Shown here: piece after piece, positions 44,094 to 52,529 of the stretch
How the letters are laid out: each line of letters begins with the position of its first letter
Numbering within the stretch: position 1 is the stretch's first letter
Assembly (NCBI GenBank): GCA_031263445.1
Contig: JAISFV010000186.1
Span: 321-64,320 of the forward strand
Origin: Synergistaceae bacterium
GTDB taxonomy: Bacteria > Synergistota > Synergistia > Synergistales > Synergistaceae
Length of the DNA stretch: 64,000 nucleotides
Direction of reading: 5' to 3'
Made by a program: the position numbers and the translations under genes
Notes under the pieces: model-generated
Databases searched by the model: none
What the model was told of the DNA's origin: nothing
The model's input: only the letters and a program-made list of their open reading frames with translations

Positions 44094-45383
44094 TCAGAAC
44101 CTGCGCGCCTCGTCGGCGAGGTCTTGCGTCATTATGATCAGATTGCCCTCCGCGATTTCAAATTTCAGCGGCACCGGGTTGCACCCGCCGGGCAAACCGA
44201 TAGTGGCCTTGTTCATCACCACGTCGCAGAGGATGCAGACGACCTGTCCCTTCCGCTCGTAGTAGCCCGTCGGCCCGCAGACGTCGCAGGCGTCCAGCCC
44301 CACCCCGTAGGCAGTGTCGTTCTTTTTGATCACGATGTAACGGACGTCTGTCATCTGGGAGAGGCTCAGAACCTTATGAGAGAACCGATGGAGGTTCCCG
44401 TCGTTTACCATTTCGAGCGGGATCACGATCCTGTCTCCCTGCGCCGGGAACTCTATGGGCGGCGACAGCTCGACCCGCCTGTTGCTGTACGTCGCGCCGA
44501 CGGTGACGGAGAGGAGCGATATCGCGACGGCGAGGACGGCCGTCACGCAGACTCGGATCTGCTTCCGCGCCGCATGCCTCGCGCGCCTCACAAGCGCGGG
44601 GTTTTCTCCTGACGGCCTGGCGGATTTGACCCGTATGTACTGCAAGGCCGCCGTCGCCGCCGCTATCGCTATCATGGCGTACAGGAAGAAATTCACGTGG
44701 GTCAGCGTCCATATCACGCTGCGCGTGAGCAGCCTGTAACGGGGGATCATATTACGCCCGAGCAGTATCTGGACGATCGTGAGCGCCGTTTTCACGTCGA
44801 GGACGAGGAGCGAGACGGACGCCGCCGCAAAGAGGAGCCGTCCGCCCGCGCCAGATGCTGCCTTATAAATCGCGAAGCCGGCCAACGCCGCCAGCAGCAG
44901 GCCCGCCGAGTAGCCTATGACCTTGAACAGGAACTCCGTGTTGAAAATATTGTCCATCCCGACGGCGAACTCGAACGGATAAAGCAGTATATTCGGGAAG
45001 AGGGCGGCCGAGACTAACGCGGCGAAGCAGAACGTCAGCCGGTACAGCGCCTTCCGTCCCGGACCGTCCGTAGCAGTCATTTCTTTTTGTTGCAGGGGCG
45101 CGCGGACGGACCCTGCCACCCTGCATAACGACCAGAGCAGCGCGAGGCCGCATACGAGCATCGGTACGAATACCCCGAGGTCGTAATACTCCCGCACGCC
45201 GAAAGCCGTGTTGCGCTTGACTACGGCATAGACAAGGGCCGGGATGAATCCCGGCGCCAAGCCGCGATATAATGTTTTCCCGGCCTCGAATCGATTCGCC
45301 CTGTTCAAAAAAGCATAAAGCATCGAAAGCGGAATGACGAGATAGAGGGAATTTATCGTTACCTTTATAATGTACTCCAGCAT
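44094..45383 (-). CDS. Membrane protein with a C-terminal Cys-rich DUF2318-like domain
   Basis: About 8 TM helices, then GLDACDVCGPTGYYERKGQVVCILCDVVMN. Confidence 0.8.
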   Translation of the reverse strand: MLEYIIKVTINSLYLVIPLSMLYAFLNRANRFEAGKTLYRGLAPGFIPALVYAVVKRNTAFGVREYYDLGVFVPMLVCGLALLWSLCRVAGSVRAPLQQKEMTATDGPGRKALYRLTFCFAALVSAALFPNILLYPFEFAVGMDNIFNTEFLFKVIGYSAGLLLAALAGFAIYKAASGAGGRLLFAAASVSLLVLDVKTALTIVQILLGRNMIPRYRLLTRSVIWTLTHVNFFLYAMIAIAAATAALQYIRVKSARPSGENPALVRRARHAARKQIRVCVTAVLAVAISLLSVTVGATYSNRRVELSPPIEFPAQGDRIVIPLEMVNDGNLHRFSHKVLSLSQMTDVRYIVIKKNDTAYGVGLDACDVCGPTGYYERKGQVVCILCDVVMNKATIGLPGGCNPVPLKFEIAEGNLIIMTQDLADEARRF

Positions 45384-45463
45384 GTCGTTCTCCCTAAACA
45401 GCCCGCCTGTAAAATCAGCGAAAGCCCACGCCTAACCTAGGGCGCGGGTCTCAGTTCATCTAT

Positions 45464-45491
45464 GCCGGAGGATGCTCTGTGATCCTCCGGC
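45464..45491 (-). promoter_or_regulatory. Intercistronic stem-loop between the P19 and DUF2318 genes
   Basis: 10-bp perfect stem GCCGGAGGAT/ATCCTCCGGC with an 8-nt loop and no U-tract. Confidence 0.5.
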
Positions 45492-45538
45492 CTCGTCTGC
45501 GTAACCTTAACCTATGCTATAAAATTAACCTGCCGCCG

Positions 45539-46141
45539 TTACCACGCCCTGGGGATGTAGTCGAAGTCCCACGAGACCTCGATGGGCGTCGCCCAGTAGC
45601 GCCCGGTCACTCCGGTCTCCTTGTCCACGTGGAGGAGGTAGCCCTGCTTCTCAGGGTTCTCTATGATGAACGTGATCTTGTACATCCCGGCGCCGTCGAG
45701 CTTGACGTTGTTGCCGTAGTGCGGGCCGTCGGACGCGCTCATCGGCATGAAGTTCCCCTCGATGACCTTCGTGCTGCCCTGCTTCTGCGCGCGGTACTTG
45801 ACGGTCAGGTTAGGGACGAAATCCCCCGCGCCGTAGCCCAGGTTGTTCCCCTCTGCCGCAGATATGTCGGCCTCAAGGTGCATGTCGGCCTGCGACGCCG
45901 GTATGCCTCCCATGCCCGCCGGCTCCATGTCCACCGGCTGGAAATAGACGCCGGCGATGTTCAGCGGCCCCACGACGTGATCGTCCCCGAGAGGGAACTC
46001 CTCGAAACCGGCCGTGGCCTCTCCAGGCGCCGGGGCGGCCGCGTATCCGGCCGTGGCGAACGCCATCGTCAGCACGAACAGCGACAGAAACAGAACCTTG
46101 CAAACAGTGGAAAAGCCCGCGTACTTACAATATTTCTTCAT
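45539..46141 (-). CDS. Periplasmic iron-transport protein, P19/Tp34 family
   Basis: Signal peptide and an MHLEADISA motif. Start at ATG 46141 with a TTAGGAGGT RBS. Confidence 0.8.
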   Translation of the reverse strand: MKKYCKYAGFSTVCKVLFLSLFVLTMAFATAGYAAAPAPGEATAGFEEFPLGDDHVVGPLNIAGVYFQPVDMEPAGMGGIPASQADMHLEADISAAEGNNLGYGAGDFVPNLTVKYRAQKQGSTKVIEGNFMPMSASDGPHYGNNVKLDGAGMYKITFIIENPEKQGYLLHVDKETGVTGRYWATPIEVSWDFDYIPRAW

Positions 46142-46196
46142 TGCGATAAAACCTCCTAAAAATTTGAGTTTGTATTGTATCCCAACGTCCAAAGGC

Positions 46197-47417
46197 TTAT
46201 AACGCCGCGCGCAACTTGCGCCCCTTTGCCCGATAGTAGATGACGGAGCCTATCGCCAAAGCCAAGAGGATTGCCTGCGGGATTAAAGTCTCAAGATATG
46301 GGTAAATACCAAGAATGTCTATCATCTGCGTAGGTTCGAAGCCGGTGATTAACGTGGTGCCGACGACGTCGGCCTCCTGCAGTTCCCTTACGCCACCGCC
46401 CGCGAAGGCCACCGACATGATATACATCAGGATGCTCGTCCCCATGAAGAAGGGCTTGACGGGGATAACGAGCGAGCCGTAGCGCACGAGGAGGAATATG
46501 GCAACTAGTGCGACGCAACCGACGACGAAGCCAATCCATACCATGTTTACGTAGGCTGATGTCGTTCCGAGAAGGGCCTGGTAGAAGAGTATCGTCTCCG
46601 CGCCTTCCCTGAAAACCGCCAGGAAAGCTGCCGCACAGAGCGCGAAACCGCTCCCAGTCTCCACGGCGGACTGCACTTTGCCCTCGATGTACTGCTTCCA
46701 CGCCTCTGCCTCGGCCTTCGAAACCATCCAGTTGCTGACGAAGAAGAGGACCACCACGGCCAAGAGCATGGCAGCGCCCTCCAGTATCTCCTGGTTTGCG
46801 CCGCTCACCTCAAAGACGTACTGCAGCGCGTAGGCCGCCAGCGCGCTCGCTATGAGAGCCGCGATGCCTCCGCCGTAGACGACCCTGGCCTGCTTCGCGT
46901 TGCCGGAGCGGATGAGATACGCGACGATCGCGGCTATGACGAGTATCGCCTCGAACCCTTCACGGAGGATGATAACCAGTGAGGCCAGGAATACGCCCAC
47001 GGCACTCTCCTCCTCCTCTTCCTTGCCGTCCAGGTTGTTGGCGTCCTCCCTCAGCATTTTTTTCAGGGAGTCGAGCGACGCCTTTACCTCGGTGGCCGAC
47101 GCCCCTTCGGTCATAAGCCTCTTCACCACGCTGAACTGGTACTCCACGGTGGAGGCCCTCTTGCCGGATATATACGAGAGGACGGCCCGTTCTACGCCTT
47201 CCTTCTCGTAATAGCCGAAGTACGCGTCGTTCACGAAATCCTTGGCCGCGTCGGCGTCATTCCCGTTATAAGCATCTAGCGCGTTGTCGAGCGCTATGTG
47301 CATCTGGTCGATTATCGCGTTCCACGACGCATACTGCGCTGCGCCCGCTGGCGCTGGCATAATGAACACCGGCAAGCACGTTAAAAAAAAGACGGCGGTC
47401 AAAATATTCTTTCTCAA
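46197..47417 (-). CDS. FTR1-family iron permease with an N-terminal periplasmic domain
   Basis: Two REXXE motifs (REGFE, REGAE) in TM helices. TTG start. Confidence 0.85.
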   Translation of the reverse strand: MRKNILTAVFFLTCLPVFIMPAPAGAAQYASWNAIIDQMHIALDNALDAYNGNDADAAKDFVNDAYFGYYEKEGVERAVLSYISGKRASTVEYQFSVVKRLMTEGASATEVKASLDSLKKMLREDANNLDGKEEEEESAVGVFLASLVIILREGFEAILVIAAIVAYLIRSGNAKQARVVYGGGIAALIASALAAYALQYVFEVSGANQEILEGAAMLLAVVVLFFVSNWMVSKAEAEAWKQYIEGKVQSAVETGSGFALCAAAFLAVFREGAETILFYQALLGTTSAYVNMVWIGFVVGCVALVAIFLLVRYGSLVIPVKPFFMGTSILMYIMSVAFAGGGVRELQEADVVGTTLITGFEPTQMIDILGIYPYLETLIPQAILLALAIGSVIYYRAKGRKLRAAL

Positions 47418-47538
47418 AGTGTCAAATCACCCCACATTGTCATTTATACGAACACACAAACCAACAGTCCAGAACCTTGGTGTTTCTCACGCCTGAGGGC
47501 TTTGGCTGCCCGGTATTGAGAGAACGCCGGTCAAGTCT

Positions 47539-47630
47539 CTAGCCTAAACGATGTCTTGCCGTTCAGAAAAGCAGGTGCGGCGATGTTTAAATTTTCACCC
47601 TTTAGGCCACTAACATTAATCAGCCTTTTC
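47539..47630 (-). repeat. Intergenic repeat family, copy D (inside the iron-operon leader)
   Basis: Minus strand GAAAAGGCTGATTAAT..GGCCTAAAGGGTGAAAATTTAAAC..CTGAACG-loop-CGTTTAG. Confidence 0.55.
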
Positions 47631-47701
47631 AAGTTCGCATCAACTAATAAACAGCGGGACACTCCGCTAACCCTAACTACGCGCCACAGTTGACGAGAGG
47701 G

Positions 47702-47730
47702 ATAATACATCTCCGTGTTAATTATGTCAA
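47702..47730 (-). promoter_or_regulatory. Near-consensus sigma70-type promoter facing the iron-uptake operon
   Basis: Minus strand TTGACA (47730-47725), exactly 17 nt, TATTAT (47707-47702). This implies a leader of about 275 nt. Confidence 0.5.
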
Positions 47731-47940
47731 ACAATTCTTTCTGGACTGGATACAATTATAATAAAAGGTATTTATGTCCAATATTACGCATTCTCAGATA
47801 TAATTGTGATATTTAGCCTTGATTCATTTATAATTTTTCCAAGTAATGTCTGTCGAATCGAATCGCAGTTGATCATCCTTCCCTAAAGATGTAAAATTTG
47901 AACGTATTATAAAACTTTTGGCCTGTCAGGAGGCAACATC

Positions 47941-48597
47941 ATGAAGAGATCTACGACGGCACTGTTTCTCATAGCCTTTATCGCGGCAGTCATAATCGCT
48001 GGGATTTCCGCGACGGAGGCGCATGCTGACAAAAAACTGCCGGCCCCGCAGACGAGCGGCGGGATGGGGCTGTTCGAGGCGCTCAAAAAGAGGCAGTCGG
48101 CGCCCGGAGGGGATTTCCCGACCGCGGACCTCTCCGACGCGGAACTCGCGAACGCGTTGTGGGCGGCGACAGGGCTGAACCGAGGAGAAAACGGCTGGAC
48201 TGTGCCTATGGACAGGGGACTCCCTCCATACGTGGACGTCTACGCCGCGCTACCGTCCGGCGTCTTCCGCTACGACTGGAAGGCACACTCCCTGTTAGAC
48301 GTGTCGAAGAAGGACATCCGCCCGAATATAGGCCTTCAGAACTTCGTGGCTCAGGCACCCTGTTCGCTCATATTCGTAGCGAACAGCGAATCCCTCTCCG
48401 CGATCAAGAACGAAACCCTCATGCTCCAGTTCTCCGCCGTAGCCGCCGGCGCCATGACGCAGGACGTCTACCTGGCCGCCGCCGCGATGGGTCTGGGCGC
48501 GCGCTACATACACTCCATAAAGGAAGCCGAGATCAAGCGCGAGCTCGCCCTGAACGACGCCGACAGCGTAATCTGCCTCATGCTGCTGGGGAAGTGA
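47941..48597 (+). CDS. Nitroreductase-family flavoprotein with an N-terminal signal peptide/anchor
   Basis: AGGAGG RBS, hydrophobic N-terminus, and a nitroreductase-like core (LWAATG, AAGAMTQDVYLAAAAMGLG). Confidence 0.75.
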   Translation: MKRSTTALFLIAFIAAVIIAGISATEAHADKKLPAPQTSGGMGLFEALKKRQSAPGGDFPTADLSDAELANALWAATGLNRGENGWTVPMDRGLPPYVDVYAALPSGVFRYDWKAHSLLDVSKKDIRPNIGLQNFVAQAPCSLIFVANSESLSAIKNETLMLQFSAVAAGAMTQDVYLAAAAMGLGARYIHSIKEAEIKRELALNDADSVICLMLLGK

Positions 48598-48607
48598 CAC
48601 AGCAGAG

Positions 48608-48644
48608 GGGGGAGCGCGTCGCGCAAGCGCTCCCCCTGTTTGTC
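48608..48644 (+). terminator. Intrinsic terminator after the nitroreductase gene
   Basis: GGGGGAGCGC-loop-GCGCTCCCCC followed by TGTTTGTC. Confidence 0.65.
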
Positions 48645-48983
48645 ATGACAATTCTATTTTAAATTGACATTGGTCAACGTTTTCCCTAACCCCTCGTCCT
48701 TTCGATTTTAATTCGACGCCGGCGGATCTCAGACGCCGCCATGAAAACCTTTCGGCCGTCTCAGCGCCGTCAGCAGACCCTCAAGCCGCCGGGACGGATC
48801 GCCGTCGCGATAAATATGATATAGTATCAACGATAAGAAGGCACGCGGAGGAGCGGGGAAGGGATGACGCAAAAGGCGCGGAAACAATGGAGGACACTCG
48901 CGTTTTCCAGTTCAGCAAGGCGTCCGGGCGCACGGATTTAGCGAGGGCGGGAGAGCCGCTGCTTAGGCGGGATTATATTGCAG

Positions 48984-49514
48984 ATGAAAGATGCCAACGT
49001 AGTTCTGGGCGTCCCTGCTGATGCCACACTGGAAGAGATAAAGCGCGCGTACACGATGCGGGTCCGCATCGTGCATCCTGACCGTTTTGAACAGGGATCG
49101 ACGGATTGGAAGATCGCGAACGACATGCTACGCGACCTCAATCAGGCATATGAATGGCTCCGGAAGTTCCGGACCGTCCAGGAACAGATCGAGCGCGTAA
49201 ATATCCATGGCAGGAGGCGGGCGGCGCGGCAGGATGCCCCCTGGCATCACGAGCCCTACGCGGAAAAGCGTGAGTACGCGGACTGCGGACAGGGCTCTGA
49301 CGACGCCTGGGGCCAGTATGGGCCTGGCGGCACGGAGAGCGGCTGGACGATGCGCGGCGAGTATTTCGACAGGATGAGGGAGCGCTACACTCAGACGATC
49401 AGGATCAAAAGAAAGGAAAACGCCAGCCGCGAACACCGCAAAAACATACTGACCGCCGCTGGGCTGTCCCTCGTGGCAGCAGCCGTTGTGTGCGCGGCGC
49501 TCTTTTACCGGTAA
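48984..49514 (+). CDS. J-domain protein with a C-terminal transmembrane anchor
   Basis: LGVPADATLEEIKRAY..IVHPDRF (HPD motif) and a C-terminal hydrophobic helix. Confidence 0.75.
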   Translation: MKDANVVLGVPADATLEEIKRAYTMRVRIVHPDRFEQGSTDWKIANDMLRDLNQAYEWLRKFRTVQEQIERVNIHGRRRAARQDAPWHHEPYAEKREYADCGQGSDDAWGQYGPGGTESGWTMRGEYFDRMRERYTQTIRIKRKENASREHRKNILTAAGLSLVAAAVVCAALFYR

Positions 49515-49539
49515 GGATGCCGCGCGACCGCGCTCTTAT

Positions 49540-50361
49540 TTATTTCGAGCGCGCTTCTTTTTTTGACGGCACCCGGTACTGCGGCTCTCTTTTTTGCTTC
49601 TGATATGGCTGAATATCAGGATCTGTGAGCGTGACGAGTTCTCTGGCGCTGTTTCTCTGAACGAGCAGCACTACCCGGCTACCCTGCGCCAGCCTCAAAT
49701 CGATGGGTTCTACCACATCCCCCGTGACCTGAAGGCCGTTCATCTCCAAGATGACGTCCCCGGCCCTGATGCCTGCCCTGCCCGCGAGGCCGTCCGGGAT
49801 GACGGCGATAATCCTGTTGCCCTCCATGAGCATGTCTGCCTTTGGAAAATCGGGCTCCAGCTCCGGGAACTGCCCGGAGACCCTCATCAGGAAATACCTG
49901 TCAAGCCCCTCTACGGCCGCCTTCAGGTCAAACAGGTCGTAAAGTTTCTCCTTATCGATCCGACTCTCTTCACTCAGGGAGACGACCTCGTCCGTCGCAT
50001 ATGCCTTCTCATGCTTCGTCCCTGGGTTCGCTACGAAGAACGTGTCGATGACAGCCTCCAGCCCGCCCGGGGACGGGATCACGCTCCATGTCTTGCGGAA
50101 GACGGGGTTTTTAAAGACCCACGGCTCACGGTACAGGGCGATGCCGGAAAAGGAATGTGATTTTTTTTCAAACACGAGGCTGTACGGATCCGAGGACGTC
50201 ATCTTGAATCCCTGCGTCATCATGGACTGGGCGATATACTCGAGTACGCCGCCGCGGTCGGACGTCCGGAGGGTTATGGCCTTTGGGGCGGCCTCGGAAA
50301 ACACGCCGCCTGAGAGCACGGCCATAGCGACAATAAACGCGATAACGCTTGCCTTTCTCAC
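49540..50361 (-). CDS. Secreted PDZ-domain protein
   Basis: Signal peptide from GTG 50361 (GGAGG RBS). C-terminal PDZ-like GLAGRAGIRAGDVILEMNG. Confidence 0.7.
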   Translation of the reverse strand: MRKASVIAFIVAMAVLSGGVFSEAAPKAITLRTSDRGGVLEYIAQSMMTQGFKMTSSDPYSLVFEKKSHSFSGIALYREPWVFKNPVFRKTWSVIPSPGGLEAVIDTFFVANPGTKHEKAYATDEVVSLSEESRIDKEKLYDLFDLKAAVEGLDRYFLMRVSGQFPELEPDFPKADMLMEGNRIIAVIPDGLAGRAGIRAGDVILEMNGLQVTGDVVEPIDLRLAQGSRVVLLVQRNSARELVTLTDPDIQPYQKQKREPQYRVPSKKEARSK

Positions 50362-50408
50362 AATTCCCGCCTCCGTCCGGCATAAGCCTGACACTTATAA
50401 GAAGACCG

Positions 50409-50501
50409 ATTATAGTCAAGGGCCTAAAGGTAAAGATTTAAACCCTCACGGCACCGCACTCTATAAACGGCTAAATATCGCCTAGGACAATTACTCAACG
50501 C
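50409..50501 (+). repeat. Intergenic repeat family, copy C
   Basis: ATTATAGTC, GGCCTAAAGG, TAAAGATTTAAACCC, CTATAAACGGCTAAATATCGCCTAGG and TTACTCAACGC. Confidence 0.55.
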
Positions 50502-50630
50502 TTCCTTTGTATTATTATGCCATCACGCGCGGCTCTGTCAAGGCCGCGCGCCTTGAATCCACAACTGTCCCGCAAAAATCAAACGCATTTGGGGCTGTTC
50601 TATTGACTGATTTAGTAGTAGTATCGGTTT

Positions 50631-51605
50631 ATGAAGTTTTTATTGAATGGATGTGGTTCAGTGGGTTCCTTTGAAGTGAAAAACGAGACTGTCCTCTCTA
50701 TCCTCAGCCGCCTTTCGCCATTTCTGCACGGAAAAAACGAGGCCCTCATACGGATCCTAGTCTGCGCCTTTTCCGGCGGGCATATGCTCCTGGAGGATCT
50801 CCCTGGCCTGGGCAAGACCACGATGGCGATAGCGGCGGCGCGAGTGCTGGGCCTGCGGTTCGGACGCGTCCAGTGCACGAACGACCTCTTGCCGACGGAC
50901 GTGACCGGCCTCAACATCTTCAAGGCTGACAAGGGTGCCTTCGAATTCCACCCCGGGCCGATATTCAACAACCTCGTCCTCGTGGACGAGATAAACAGGG
51001 CGACAGCGAAGACGCAGAGCGCGCTTCTGGAGGCCATGGGCGAGGAACAGACCACGGTGGACGGCCTCACGTACCGTCTCGCGCGCCCCTTCATGGTGAT
51101 AGCAACCCAGAACCCGATAGAGCACTCCGGCACGACACCCCTGCCCGAGTCGCAGATGGACAGGTTCATGATGAGGGTATCGATCGGGTATCCCGACAGG
51201 GCTTCCGAATTGGGCATTCTCAGGGCAGGAAGCCAGCGGGACTCCATCGACGGCATATCGCCGGTCTTGTCCCCCGAATCCGTGGTGTCGGCTCAGCAGG
51301 CCATAGAGCGCGACATCGCAGTGTCGGACAGGATCCTGGATTACGTGCTGTCGATAGCCGAGATGACGAGAAACCACCCGCACATAGCAGCCGGCGTCTC
51401 CACGCGGGGGGCGATGGTGCTGCTGAGCTGCGCGAGGTGCGCCGCGTGGATGCAGGGCAGGGGCTTCGTTATACCGGAGGACGTGAAGGCGTTCGCCGCG
51501 GAGGCGCTCGCGCACCGGATGCAGATTAAAGGCGTATCGCGGCGCGGCGCGCAGGACGCCCTGGAAATCATACAGTCTGTACTGAGCGAGGTCCCGTCTC
51601 CCTGA
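50631..51605 (+). CDS. MoxR-family AAA+ ATPase
   Basis: GHMLLEDLPGLGKTT Walker A, LVDEINRA Walker B and ATQNP. The start has no clear RBS. Confidence 0.85.
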   Translation: MKFLLNGCGSVGSFEVKNETVLSILSRLSPFLHGKNEALIRILVCAFSGGHMLLEDLPGLGKTTMAIAAARVLGLRFGRVQCTNDLLPTDVTGLNIFKADKGAFEFHPGPIFNNLVLVDEINRATAKTQSALLEAMGEEQTTVDGLTYRLARPFMVIATQNPIEHSGTTPLPESQMDRFMMRVSIGYPDRASELGILRAGSQRDSIDGISPVLSPESVVSAQQAIERDIAVSDRILDYVLSIAEMTRNHPHIAAGVSTRGAMVLLSCARCAAWMQGRGFVIPEDVKAFAAEALAHRMQIKGVSRRGAQDALEIIQSVLSEVPSP

Positions 51606-52504
51606 TGAGGCCGGGGCGCGTCAGGATGGCCGTTCACAGGTCGGGAAAAATCTACATAGTCGTCGCGGTAGTGCTGGGCGTCCTCGCCATAAACGGCGGG
51701 AACAACTTCCACTATCTCGCCGCCGCTTCATTGCTAGGCTATATGGCCGTCTCCGGTGAGGCAGGGAAGCGCAACGTGAGGGGCGCGTCGGTGTCGCTCT
51801 CCTTCCCGGATGAAATCTACGCCGGGACGCCGTTTTTAGCGACAGTCGAGGTGACGAACACCAAGAGGTTCCAGGCCATATCCCTGCTCGACGTGAGCGT
51901 GCTGGGGGGCGCCGCATTCTTCCCCGCGATTTTGCCGGGGGAGAAAAAAGCCGCCGCCGTTAAACTCCTGGCCCCGCGCCGAGGCATGAGCGACGCCGGG
52001 GCGGTCAGGCTCTCGTCCGTCTACCCCTTCAACCTATTCACGTGCAGCTTCTCCATCCCCTGCCCTGAAAGGCTGACAGCGTTCCCTGAGCCTCTCATGG
52101 CGGACGAGGGCGTCAGGGCGTCCTGCATGATCGGCATAGACGACCTGGAAGAGGCGCTCTCGCGGCCCGGGCCGCAAAGGCAGCTCTCTGACTCCGACAT
52201 AGCGGGCGTCAGGCCCTACGCGGAGGGCGACCCGATGAGGCTGATACACTGGAAGTCCAGCGCAAAGACGGGGTCGCTCAAGTCGCGGCTGTACGAGGCT
52301 TTAAGCGGCGGGAAGATCATCGACCTGGACGTGCTTACCGCGTCCGGGGTGGAGAAGGGCCTCTCATGCGCAAGCTGGGAGATAATGGACTCCATCAGGA
52401 CGGGCGAGGCGATAGGGCTGATGAATCGCGGACAGTTGCTGGACATATCCAGCGAGAGGCATGACAAGCTGTCCATGCTAAGGGCGCTCGCGCTCTACGA
52501 ATGA
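51605..52504 (+). CDS. DUF58 domain protein
   Basis: TGATG overlap with moxR, and a DIAGVRPYAEGDPMRLIHWKSSAK motif typical of DUF58. Confidence 0.8.
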   Translation: MRPGRVRMAVHRSGKIYIVVAVVLGVLAINGGNNFHYLAAASLLGYMAVSGEAGKRNVRGASVSLSFPDEIYAGTPFLATVEVTNTKRFQAISLLDVSVLGGAAFFPAILPGEKKAAAVKLLAPRRGMSDAGAVRLSSVYPFNLFTCSFSIPCPERLTAFPEPLMADEGVRASCMIGIDDLEEALSRPGPQRQLSDSDIAGVRPYAEGDPMRLIHWKSSAKTGSLKSRLYEALSGGKIIDLDVLTASGVEKGLSCASWEIMDSIRTGEAIGLMNRGQLLDISSERHDKLSMLRALALYE

Positions 52505-52529
52505 CGCGCGTGACGCGGGACGCCGAGAC

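Noticed and set aside
47690-47735. A Fur box at the iron-operon promoter.
   Set aside because: Only short GATAAT/ATTATC-like fragments are present. I could not align a convincing 19-bp or 7-1-7 Fur consensus, so it is reported as an open question and not as a feature.
47531-47755. 74-aa ORF in the iron-operon upstream region.
   Set aside because: It covers the predicted -35/-10 promoter and repeat copy D. It is AT-rich with no RBS. The peptide similarity to the 24214-24429 ORF (KRLIN) is explained by the shared repeat box CTGATTAAT.
48887-49021. Small ORFs (25-44 codons) in the 386-nt spacer before the J-domain gene.
   Set aside because: They have no RBS, I cannot judge their conservation, and they overlap the start of the J-domain gene.
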